A DNA stretch of 63,738 bases, counting the filler, from Choristocarpus tenellus KU-1152 (lineage: Eukaryota > Protista > Phaeophyceae): the NCBI GenBank assembly GCA_964200185.2. It is 10 parts of 10 records of this genome, joined end to end, with 100 filler letters (N's around TTAATTAATTAA, not from the genome) between each part and the next. Parts side by side here need not be neighbours in the genome. Positions count along the whole stretch, not along the records: positions 49,300 to 55,200 come from CAXNAD020009464.1; positions 55,301 to 59,193 come from CAXNAD020017306.1; positions 59,294 to 63,738 come from CAXNAD020014524.1; 7 more parts are not named here. One strand, given 5' to 3'. Both the position numbers and the translations under genes were made by a program. Every line of letters starts with the position of its first letter. The stretch's first letter is position 1. This document shows positions 52,932-63,738 of this stretch, in pieces. The notes under the pieces were generated by a model. It saw only the letters and a program-made list of their open reading frames with translations. It did no database searches and was not told the DNA's origin.

Positions 52932-54389
52932 GAAGTCACCGTTCTTCATAGAGATAAAGAGCACTCAGCTACACTAGTCATTCCACCCCTATTATACACG
53001 CTAGACAAGCTCCAAATACCATCCTTTGAGTCACAGGGCTCCATTGTTTGCTTTTCCTTCATAAGCTCCTCTTGCTCTTGATTGCCTGTCATCTCAACTC
53101 TAGCAAACGTAGATTCTCGGACATCTAACCCGTCACCTTCCTTACTGTCAGCCTCCTCATAAAGAAGGGAATACTCATCAGATAGATCCACATTGACGTT
53201 ATACACATACAGGAACTCACCTTCACCTAGGAGCAGTATGGCTAACTCTGCAGTGCTAGAGATGTACATGATTGTTGTATGACTTGTTCTGGTTGTATTC
53301 TGGGTCGTCTTGTCCCTTTGAAGATCATGTGGTTGAAAATAGGTATCAACCAAAATAATCGATCCCAAGAATTTTCGATAGAAATATACTGCAATATTAT
53401 CGAATCAGACCAGTGCAATCCATACCATTCATAGCACCAAAAAAAATGGTACAAATTCAAGACAAAGAGGAGAGTGAAAATGTTACGATGAAGTTCGTGA
53501 GCATGTTAGCACACTACTCTTTTGGAATGCTAAAATATGCCATACAAAGGGATGAAGAGGATGGATGAGGGGATCGACACTATAGCAACTCAATAATCTT
53601 GTCGCAATCGGAGACAGATAAGTGACATTGTGGAGTCGGAGGAGAACTCTTATGGTGACGAAACAGGTTGATTCCTTGCTTCAAGTCCAGTAACATTATC
53701 GCCCACACCACAGCGCTGAATTTGCAACCCATCTAGCCCATTTTGCTTCTTGTAACAGAGTGATGATGGACTCTCAATGCCATCTCTAGCACCTCAAATT
53801 AACCTACATTGAAACACATTCATGATGGCACTACAAAAGAGTAGGGAATTCACATACAGACAGCATTGATTTTAAATATGACAATACAGGAGGGATTACA
53901 ATAAGAAAAAATACTGAATTCTACACTAGAGAATCATTTTTTGATCCCTTGCACGGAGTCCCATTCTGGAGCAAGTATGGTATCATGTACACACTGTAGT
54001 ATATTGTTAAGGGAGAAACTATAGAGGTAAGACTGAATGAGGAAAGTGTTGAGACCTCAAATAGGTCAAAGTATCTGGGGGGGGGTGTCGGGGTCCGTTT
54101 TTCACCTTTTCTTCGATTTTCACTTTTTGGTGTGATTTGATCGCACGTGTCGGATTTGGGAATGATCAACCATGGCTTGGGTTCATTGAACCGCCTAGCA
54201 TTAACTTGTCCTTATGCACGATGATTTGCCATGCACAAGGTTGTAACAAAATGTATTCTTTAATAGTATAATACCGAGTAAAAAATTTCGTACTGCACAG
54301 AAAATCAAGAAATGTTTACGTTGTGAATGGAAAAGAGAATTTAGGGGTGGAAGGGGATGTCATCGCCGCCTTCGATCTCAGGAGTCATA

Positions 54390-54620
54390 TCGAGGTGAAG
54401 GAGGAAGTTTGCATGGTGATTGGAGATGTGTCGTTCTCGTACAGGGAGCACATGTTCTTTATTGAAAAAGCCCGTTATCATGCAGCCAGTGGAATAGTCA
54501 AACCATATAGTACCTTTATCAACTGTACTACAGCACCGCTGGATCGACTTATTATATCTGTGGGTGGGTATGAGGTTGCACAGCGACTTGCTGGTTGTTG
54601 AGGTGAGTGGGTGGAGATCA
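54390..54620 (-). pseudogene. Possible hAT C-terminal dimerisation-domain relic
   Basis: The minus-strand reading KVLYGLTIPLAA**RAFSIKN resembles the hAT motif (P.SSAxxERxFS). Confidence 0.25.
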
Positions 54621-54981
54621 AGCAAGCAAACCAATGTTCACTGCTGTGATCGAACAAACAATTGTGTGTGTAGACTTCCATGTATGCCAGCATGTAGTGC
54701 ATAGAAAGATTGGCATAGCACGAAGTACTTTCCATCTCTTTGGTTTTTCGAGGAAATGGGTAACATTGCTGCCCCATCTCAGGTATGGTTTTGGGGTATG
54801 GAACTGGAATATATATTTTTTGGTTTTGATATATTTGTTTTTTCTAATGCATATTTGGTTGTGTTTGTATTTGGTAGTATAGATCTCTCTACGACTCCTT
54901 ACAGGGTACTACACTTGAGATGGGATATTAGATTGTGAACATATGTTGAACCTATGCGCCCGATCCAGGACAGCTTGTTGT

Positions 54982-55164
54982 GGCTCGAAGTATCTGGGGG
55001 AGGGTGGCGGCTGTCCATTTGGAGTCAATTTTTTCATGTCGCGATTTTTGAGTGATTTGGTTCCATACGTCGGATGGATAATGTAAGTGCACCTTTCCTG
55101 ATTTTGGTTCAATTTGACACCCTGGTGTAACCCCCCTCCTCCCCCCCCCCAGATACTTTGGGTC
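54982..55164. mobile_element. MITE family B, full-length copy
   Basis: GGCTCGAAGTATCTGGGGG ... CCCCCAGATACTTTGGGTC; no TSD is evident. Partial copies at contig edges: 17226-17266, 26455-26495, 39200-39302, 49300-49379, 59124-59193 and 63697-63738. Variant ends occur at 13447-13467 and ~54064. Confidence 0.8.
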
Positions 55165-58100
55165 TATATTTGTTATGAAATATGTCCCTTTGCTCTTCAC
55201 NNNNNNNNNNNNNNNNNNNNNNNNNNNNNNNNNNNNNNNNNNNNTTAATTAATTAANNNNNNNNNNNNNNNNNNNNNNNNNNNNNNNNNNNNNNNNNNNN
55301 CCCCAAATGGACGCGGCTCTACCCTCTGAGATACTTTGACTCCATCTATACGTGAATCAGGAACTTGCAGTTTTCAAATGTCCTGAAGACTGTGGTAGTG
55401 AAGGAATTGCAATGTTGAGGTTTATTATTTCACCAATCCAAGTATTTAAATCCCTCCAGCTTTGCAGGAATATATGTGTCAAAGTACTCTTGTAGAGTAC
55501 TTCTTCGCCCCTTTCTATTGAGTGCATAACCCTAACACCTGGAGAAAATCAGCTCTATGCATTGGCGAGAGGATATCAAAATAAGAAGTGTTTACCCAAC
55601 CATCAACTTACAAATTCAGGCCCTGGCCATTCTAATACTGTATACCATGAGGCTGCAATCATACAAAACGGGAGCAGGTACTGCACAGTGGTTAAGTTCA
55701 CTTTACCATTTTCAAAAGAGTATCCTGCAAAAGATATTAAGAGGGCAGGTGTTTGCTTTGCATCCTTTGAATTGACTGCGGGGTATTCCATTATCAATCC
55801 GACATATAAGAACATAAATATGCTGCTTGTTATAGGACAAAATACTATTATTCTTCCAAGCAGCATGTGTTCTGAAGTTGGGTATTTTTTAACCAAAGAA
55901 AAAGGAATGTATTCGTAAAATATATTAAAGTACAACATACTTCTCGTACTACGTAGCGGGAGTACTGAACCAAATGTGAGAGAAGCAGAGCAGGAAAAGA
56001 GCTTGGTAGCAGTGCTACAGTTATTCAGTAGCCGATTTGAGAAGTAGTGCTCTGTGTAGCACCTCTGAACGTGGGGCGGAATCATCCCCAGTAACATGTA
56101 AAAGTCGAATTTTGCACATATCCGCCAGCACCCTTAAGTTTGCATAATGAGGGCTTGCATGGAACAAATGCATGGTGCCTCAATTTGTGGACTCCTGAGA
56201 TGTAATCCAAGGGATGGCGCAGCCGCCAAGCAGTATAGTGTAGCTAACCTTCCAATGCAAAATCAATCACTCCTTGTGTACTTAACATTCCACATTGTTG
56301 GCACCTCTCATCGCCTTGATCGAGATCAAGCAGAAGAAGAGTGTATAGAAGCAACAGAGAGGAAACATGGTCAGGGCTGAATACACGTCAACATGTAGTA
56401 GTTAGTCTACGTGTCAGGAAAAAAAATGCAAACCAAACCGTCATCATGAAGGAAGTGCAGAGGATCTTGAACAAAGAAAGATCTTCTGGTGCAGTGCACT
56501 GAACATGATGATACGTATCCCCCTAAGATATTTCCACCAAGAATAGTCTCACTATTCGAAAACTGGTAGCAGAAGTTGTTTCTTACCGCTGCCTCTTGTG
56601 AAGGATTTCATCACCCTATTTACGCCATCCAGTCCAACAGATAGCTAGGAAAACACCGGCCTTGTTCCACTTTGCATTAGAATTATCCCTGTAAAGAAAA
56701 AAATGATGATAACAAGGACAACATGTAATCACAGCTCACCATTAACATTGCCGATACCCGTCGAACAACCTCCAGCCATGACACACTCCTGGTTTTTTCT
56801 CCAACATGATCTTGATGGTCCTCAGCAATCATCTCTGACAAAGTGACATGTGCAAGACTTGTGATCTTGTCTGAGGCTGGTGTCGATCTTCTTTCAGAAG
56901 ATTTGCTGACTTCCTCCCTCCCCATCTCAGCCGTTAGAGCTATCCTGCCATTGCTGATGCCCTCGTGAATTCAAATGAAGGGAAATTATGCTTGCTGTTA
57001 GTTGCGGGGTATGGTTGGGGCTACTGTATTTTGTGAGACAACTATGGGAAAAACGATAGGTTGACTGGTGCACCCTATTGTACAATATATATATTGATAA
57101 GTTGTTAGACACTAGACACGGGGTGGTGGCGGAAGGTATGGTGATGGTGGACATGAAGGAATGCCTATCAGGAGGATGCGACATCTCCTCCAATCTTCAA
57201 ACAAACTTCTCCACAACACTGGTTACACATTCTTGTACTTTGTGCTCTGATTGTAACTTAATGCCCCTGACCGTAGGAAGTTTCTTTCAGTGAGAAGGTA
57301 GACAGTCATTGCAAAAAAGTCTCTTGAGGCAAATATTGGAAAATGCAAACCAACAGCATGAAACGTCCAAAGCCACTTGCTACGACTGGCACACTTCAAT
57401 CTACCACAACCAAAGGGCACCACCTCTAGTGTAGTGCATTCACCCACTCGTCAAAACGACTGGTGAAGTTGGTGGTATGACTTCTCTTTTGATTACCACT
57501 CTGGACAAAACAGAATGATTATTCCGACTTTTTCGCACCTCAATGGCTCAGTGGATTAATACACATGATGCACTATGGCTTACACACAAAAAGTACCTCA
57601 AATTGCTGCATAACTTTCAGGGGACAAGATGGCACCAATAAAATCATTGTCTCTTCCCATTCAAACTCCACTCTATATGTCACCACCTGTCTACCCTTTC
57701 TTGCAGCCAACCCATTAGTGCCGTCTCTTCATCGCGTCCTAGCCTTGGAGGAACTGCTGTGTTGCTTTTGCAATCCCCATCCTTCCATGTCTGACTTGAT
57801 ACTTTGGAGGAGCTGGAAAAAAAAGAGGTAGTTCCCAAAAAGATGACAATGCATGGGGCACCAAGTGCGGAGGATGAAATATGTGGCAAGTGAAGGTGAG
57901 GTGGAGGAGCCAGGGGCCACTTGTGGGGAAATAAGGGGTTACAAATGCCATACTGCACAGGCTGATACTCCACTCCCTGTCTCATAGATCTGTGTCGTCA
58001 AGTTGTAGCTCTTCGGGATGACCTCCGATTACAAAACAAACTTCTGCGTTGGATTTCTTGAATATTATAGGTTTAAAAAATATATTTCAAAAAATGATAC

Positions 58101-58296
58101 AAATAATTCTGTCTTGAGATAGTTCCGAAAGAATGGAACACAGAATGGGGCATATTCTTATCATTCTTGAATGTTCCTGCTGCAACATGGAGTCACACAA
58201 CACTCTCACAGCCCCCATAACGAGCCCCCACAGCCCGTCGTCCCCGACATGAAGCCCACTGCCTTGGGAAAAGAACTGTGAGCTGACCGAGGAAGG

Positions 58297-59060
58297 TTGG
58301 ACCACATTCTGCATTACACATTGCCTCTTCTTCTGGGTCGTGAGAGGCTCCTGAGGGGTGTGGAGTCTAAATTGGGGAAGGAGTTTGGAGTGGGAGAGAG
58401 ACACCCTAGACGGGTATGGGTCTACATCAAAGAACAGCTAGATAGGGCGAATACTGTCTCCCTGAAAACACAAGCAAGATTTGGACGGTGGTTAGACTTT
58501 ATGCCAATAAAACAAGAGAATATCCGCCAAATCAATTCCAGTAATCGGACATTGACTATCGACAAACTTTTTGCCAAGCTCAACGAAGAGGGCCTCGCAG
58601 TTGCTCCATTGCTGGCTCAAAGCCATGGGGACAACGAGGGTTCAGCAGTGCGTCGCCCTAGCCTTTCCTTTCCTCACAAGAAGAACAGGGTGGACTTCAT
58701 CCTCGGCCCCATGTACCACAACCTCAAAACCTACAGCACTGGCCTCAACACCGTTCACATCAACGAGCAGTGATTCTACCTCATCCGCGAACGAGAGGTG
58801 GTGCGCATGTTCCTGGGGGAGGAAAAGGTGGGCTCAACGAAGGTGCAGCACAAGAGTGACATTCCCAAAGTGATGTTCATCTCCGCCACTTCGTGTCCTG
58901 ATCCTTCCCATGATCTTGCCAGCAAGATCAGGATCTGGCAGGTTTGCGTCACAAAGGAGGCATAACGGACTACAGCGCGGCACACAAAGGGCGAGTAGTA
59001 CAAGGTCAATGTCACCGTTGACACTGAGTGGTACCTGGAGTGGTGCGCGATGACCTTTTG
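58297..59060 (+). pseudogene. Tc1/mariner (plant/oomycete-type mariner) transposase pseudogene
   Basis: Reading through in-frame stops gives VHINEQ*FYL (compare VHIDEKWFYL), GEE, KSDIPKVMFISATSCP (compare IPKVMFLxAVARP) and KIRIW (compare GKIGIW). The first catalytic Asp is mutated and three internal stops are present. Confidence 0.8.
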
Positions 59061-60659
59061 AAACCTGAATCGAATGCATCATACATGTAAGCAAAATGCG
59101 TAGACTGCAAGTGATGAGGAATTGACCCGAAGTATCTGGCGGGCGGGGGGGGGGAGGTCTTCACCAAAGTGTCCGTTTGGACCAACACCAGGANNNNNNN
59201 NNNNNNNNNNNNNNNNNNNNNNNNNNNNNNNNNNNNNTTAATTAATTAANNNNNNNNNNNNNNNNNNNNNNNNNNNNNNNNNNNNNNNNNNNNTCCATAC
59301 ATATTTTACCGTAACTGTCCGATAGAGTTGGAAGAGTCTAATCGAACAACCGCTCGGTCAAGTAGTTAAAAAAAATGCAAGTTTGCTCGATATAAGAGAG
59401 GTTTGGAAAGAAAACGCCGAAACCTCTCTTATAGCCTGAGAAGTCGAGACAAGGCAATTTACCCTCTTTGATATCCCGTTTTCTCTGACATCCAACTCTT
59501 ATCTAGGTACATCAACTGTACATCAAAACTGAGAAGATTCTTCCAATCTTTATCCGAAACGAGATCATTGCCTCTTAGTAACACATACTACTACCCTGAA
59601 AGATCGAAGTCCTCTCTCTTAAACCAACTCCATTAACGCATTAGACTCCTCGGTACATCTTGTATATATGTCTGAAGTAAGGAATCAAAACAACGAACAA
59701 GATTCTTCTGTTTCGAAAAAAAACTCGTTGCCTCTTCACGAAAATATATTTGTCATGTCATTCAAGACGTAAGGTCCTCATTAAAAGGAAGTGAACTCGT
59801 ATATCAGACTCCTCAATAGATGTATGTATACATAATAGTGTGAACTTACGAAGAACATCCTTCCAATTTTCAGAAGGAACTCATTTTATGTGAAACAACA
59901 AAAATTGGATCACCACATCAATTCCTCTCTTAACCTTAACATAACTAAAATGCTAGTGTAACGGACTACTTTGGTGCAGCTATTCGGAATACATGATGGT
60001 CAGAACCGACATTATGCTTCCAATTTTCGAAAGGACTCCTTTGTCTCTTCAAGCCAAATACTCGGCTGTCCTATACTCGGCTGTCCTCCCTTGACCCTTG
60101 TCTTCCTTCTGGAAGCAGATGGAAAAGGCAAATCGCTGCGGACAAATCAATACAACGATGAGCCCTACTCGATTCGACGCAGCTGATTTCTCCGCAACGA
60201 GGAGGCTAGGTCCATTTCACGAAACTTTCTTAGATTCTCCTCTTCGTCAGAGAATCTTTTGGACTAGCGCCTCAGCCAGTCAACAGCAGGGCACTAGGTA
60301 AGTCTCGTGGAGGTAGCGTCTCAAGGAGTAGGTATTGATCCACCTAAACACTTATTCGCGAATCATGTGACTTCTGGTCACTTGACAACAATGTGTTTTT
60401 GGTGTGGAATAGTACAACCCTCCCTTGCCTTGAGCAGATGAGTACAAGTTGATTGGCCCATTGGATAAATAGCGCCAGAAGGAATCAAATCCGCTTGGTG
60501 TAGAAATCAAACCGTCTTACTGAAGCAACGGACACATTGAACCATTTTCTTCAACTCTTTTGTCATTTTTTCGCAGGAGGGTTCTTCATTTCGAATCATT
60601 TTTTGAGTATGTGGAGCAGGTTTTCAAACATCAATGGGTTTCTTTTGGGAAAGTTTTGA

Positions 60660-60920
60660 GCCAACTCAAATGAGACCTAGTTAGGGTTGCATTTTAAGAA
60701 TCCCAAGAAGGGTTTTAAAGAAGCGTCTTGTACGATTCCAGAAAGAAACTTTGCTGAATTGTGGTGTTATTTTCTGTGTGGAAAGGGTGAAAGAATACAA
60801 TTCTTGCATGCATTATTGTGTGCATAAGGGGGTGGAATGGAGTGTATTGGAAAGGGTAAGAAAGATGGCTTAGAATGCCAAAGGGTACAAACCTGCCCAT
60901 CTCTCAATTGTTTTGTCACT
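60660..60920 (+). repeat. Old dispersed repeat family C, copy 3 (more diverged)
   Basis: Shares ATCCCAAGAAGGG, GGGTAAGAAAGATGGCTTAGAATGC and AACCTGCCCATCTCTCAATTG with the other two copies. Confidence 0.6.
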
Positions 60921-61879
60921 TTCTACCATTTGTGATATTTTGGGTTATGTTTTGAACCAGACGTTTTATTGTATTGAGGAATGTGTTCAAGGAAGACAGT
61001 TGGTGAGCTTGTCTTGTTTTCTGTGGTACTTTCTGGTCCTGGAAATATTTCCCCACCAATATTTCATTTTCCAACATTTTCTGTTGGTTTTGAACACTTT
61101 CTTAATCTCGTTGTTGGACTATTTGAACTTACCATCTGCTGTGCAAGCATTTTTGGTTAAGGAATATCTCCTTTTTGTTTCAGTTGTCAATATTTGCTTT
61201 TTTTTAAGTGTTGTTATGCTGTATCGGTTACGTCGGAGGTGGCATCACTGTATGCAATTTAAAATCCGTCCTCGGAACCCGCATTCCGCCAAGATTCAAG
61301 GTGTAACTTGTACCAGATCAAGGCCAGGAGTCTCAGTGAGCTAACCCACTGCGCTAAGGCAACCTCCCAAGGGGCCAATCTACAATTAGGGTACCTGTAG
61401 TGATTCCCGAAGGAGTTTGTTGATCATTGTCTAGTCTGATGTTGACTTCCCTGTGCGTCTTGTTTTTGGTTGAGTACTGCTTCTATTCTCCAACCTCTTC
61501 TCATTGAGGATACACAATCGCACCAGTCCTGGACTTGTGTCAACTAGTTTCACGAAAGTCATCTGTTGAGGGTCGACTATTTTTTGTTACCTTTCAGGTG
61601 GTGGCATATACACACGGAACGGCATGGTTTTTAAGTGTGGATCCTCCTGCAGTGCGAAGGAGTAATGGAGGAGGAAGTTGTTGTATAGTTGTAGTAAATT
61701 TAGGGAAGGAGTCGTGTGTGCTTCAAAGAGAGGTTATTCTTCTTTCACTCTAAAGGTGATATGTTCATACTATCACCAAGAGTGGGCTGGGCGGAATAAT
61801 AAATATATATATACCATGTAGACAAAGGGTCTGGTTGAGCAATTTGCTGTGGAACTAGATGCAGGGAGGAGGGTATGTA

Positions 61880-63695
61880 ATATTTGGTGAAGTTGTGAAT
61901 AGCTCGTTATAGGACTATACATAGAAAGGAGTGTATAAAGTACTGTGTACTTGATTATTGTGTGTGAACATCATGCTTGTTATGGCATTACATGCACAGA
62001 GGAGTGTACAAATCGTTTTGAGCATAGTGTAATTGAGGTTTTGTTGTGGAACTATGTGTGTAGAGGACTGTACAAGACATTTTTGGATAGGTTGTGAATA
62101 TTGTAATTTAGTAGCACTGCATATAAAGAGGAGTACACACGATATTTGATGACAGGGTGTGAATAACAAATTTGTTCTTAGAACCATACAGAGAGTGGAG
62201 TGTGTGAAGTATTCAGTAACAGGGTGTGAATATCATAGGCACTACGTGTGCAGAGGAGTGTATGTACCACTCTTGGATAGGGTGTGCATGAGGTCTTGTT
62301 GTGCATTAGATGTGCATTGAGGACAATATGGAACGTTCTTGGAAAGGGTGTCCATACTGTGTTTGTTGTAGCACTGTGTATTGGGAGGAGTGTGTGAAGT
62401 ATTTGATGACAGGGTGTGAGTAATGTGTTCGTTGTAGGGACCACATGAATGGAACGTAGTGAGTGTTTTGTGATGTGAAGTATATATCATGTTTGATATA
62501 TGACTGTGCATAGATTACAGCGTATCAAGTGCTCAGGATATGGTTACAAGGTGTGAATATCATCCTTGTTGTGGCATTGCATGTAGAAAAGAGTGCATGT
62601 TAACATTTTTGGACATAGCATGAACGAGGTGTTGTTGTGGCATCACAAGTGTAGACTGTATAAAACAATTTTGGATAGGGTGCGAATATCATGTTTGTTG
62701 TAGCACTGCATGTAAGGAGGAGTGTATGGAGTATTTGATGACAGGGAGAACGTATCATGCATGTTGGAGGAATATACATAGCGAGGAGTGTATGAGGTAT
62801 TTGGTATCAGAGCGTAGATATCATACTTTCTATGGCACTACATGTAGACTGGAGTGTGTAGAACATCTTTTAGGATACAGTGTGGATGAGGTCTTGTTGT
62901 GGCAATAGCTGTATGCTGAGGAGACAATGAGACAATTTTGGATAGTGTGTGAATATTGTTTTTGTTGTAGCACTGTATGCAGGGGGGAGTGTATGAAGTA
63001 TTTTATTGATTGGATGTGAGTAACGGTTTGTTTTAGGACCATAAGTAGAGTGGAGTGCATCAAGTACTCCGCATATAGCTATAGGGTGTGAATATAGCTT
63101 TTGTGATGGCACTACATGTGAAGAGGATTTTATTTTACACTTTTGGACATGGCATAAACGAGGTTTTGTTGTGGCATACATGTTTATAGGGGAGTGTATG
63201 AAACAGATATGGATAGGGTGTGAACATCGTTTTTGTGCAGCACTGCATATAGGAAGGATTGTGTGAAGTATTTGATGATAGGGTGTGAATACTGTGTTTG
63301 TAATAGGACGATACATAGAGTGGAGTTGCATGAAGGAGTATTTGGTTACGGGTGTGAATATCACTTTTGCTGTGACAGTACATGTAGAGTGGAGTGTATA
63401 AAACATTTTTGGACGTAGTGTGAACGATGTTTTGTTTTGGCACCACATGTGGAGGGGAGTGTATTAAATATTTCTGGATAGGGTGTGAGTATTGTGTTGC
63501 TCTAGGACTATATGTGAAGTGAATGAAGTATTTGATGATAGGTTGTGAACATCATGTTTGTTGCAGGACCATACATAGAGTGGAGTGTGTTAGCATGTGA
63601 GATAGTTGGTATGTGGTAACAAGGTGTGAATGTCAGGTTGGCTATGCTACTACATGTCTAGAAACGTGCATGTGACGTTATTGGACATTGTGTAA
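61880..63695. repeat. Degenerate satellite, ~66-bp monomer with a ~265-bp (4-mer) higher-order repeat
   Basis: The GATAGGGTGTGAATA-like anchor recurs about every 60-70 bp. The variant GAGGTNTTGTTGTGGCA recurs at ~62035, 62289, 62623, 62887, 63158 and 63423. Confidence 0.85.
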
Positions 63696-63738
63696 AGGCT
63701 CAAAGTATCTGGGAGGGGGTAGCGGCTGTCCAATTGGG

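Noticed and set aside
52946-53368. 140-aa acidic ORF on -
   Set aside because: It has no recognisable domain or supporting exon chain and lies among TE relics.
59294-60400. Possible degraded gag-like or other coding relic
   Set aside because: The frames I read carry many stops and no diagnostic motif.
61270-61368. A-box-like TAGCGCAGTGG on the - strand (tRNA or SINE head)
   Set aside because: There is no properly spaced B box or cloverleaf, so it is insufficient to call.

Overview
This is eukaryotic, intron-rich genomic DNA, not prokaryotic. A nuclear, spliced, cyanobacterial-type ftsZ with a bipartite signal/transit leader, together with scattered TTAGGG repeats, points to a photosynthetic stramenopile such as a brown alga (inference). 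The window is ten short contigs joined by an artificial 100-nt spacer (44 N + TTAATTAATTAA + 44 N), so adjacency across spacers is not biological evidence. Genes built by hand from splice sites and reading frames: plastid FtsZ (+, 7 exons, one GC-AG intron); the 5' part of an AT-hook + PIP-box protein (+); the C-terminal part of a single-pass membrane protein (-); the 3' part of a VAMP7-like R-SNARE (+); a complete SC35/SRSF2-like SR splicing factor (-, 5 exons); and the 3' part of an ARM/HEAT-repeat protein (-). The rest is largely repeats: two copies of a CRE-like RLE non-LTR retrotransposon, a mariner transposase pseudogene, probable decayed hAT and Gypsy relics, two related MITE families with 4-bp TSDs at which many contigs break, an old three-copy dispersed repeat, intronic minisatellites and a ~66-bp satellite with ~265-bp higher-order structure. 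The most unusual signals are sense-strand-biased telomere-type (TTAGGG)n tracts near 5' splice sites and the MITE pair with shared ends. I see no convincing new multi-gene system.
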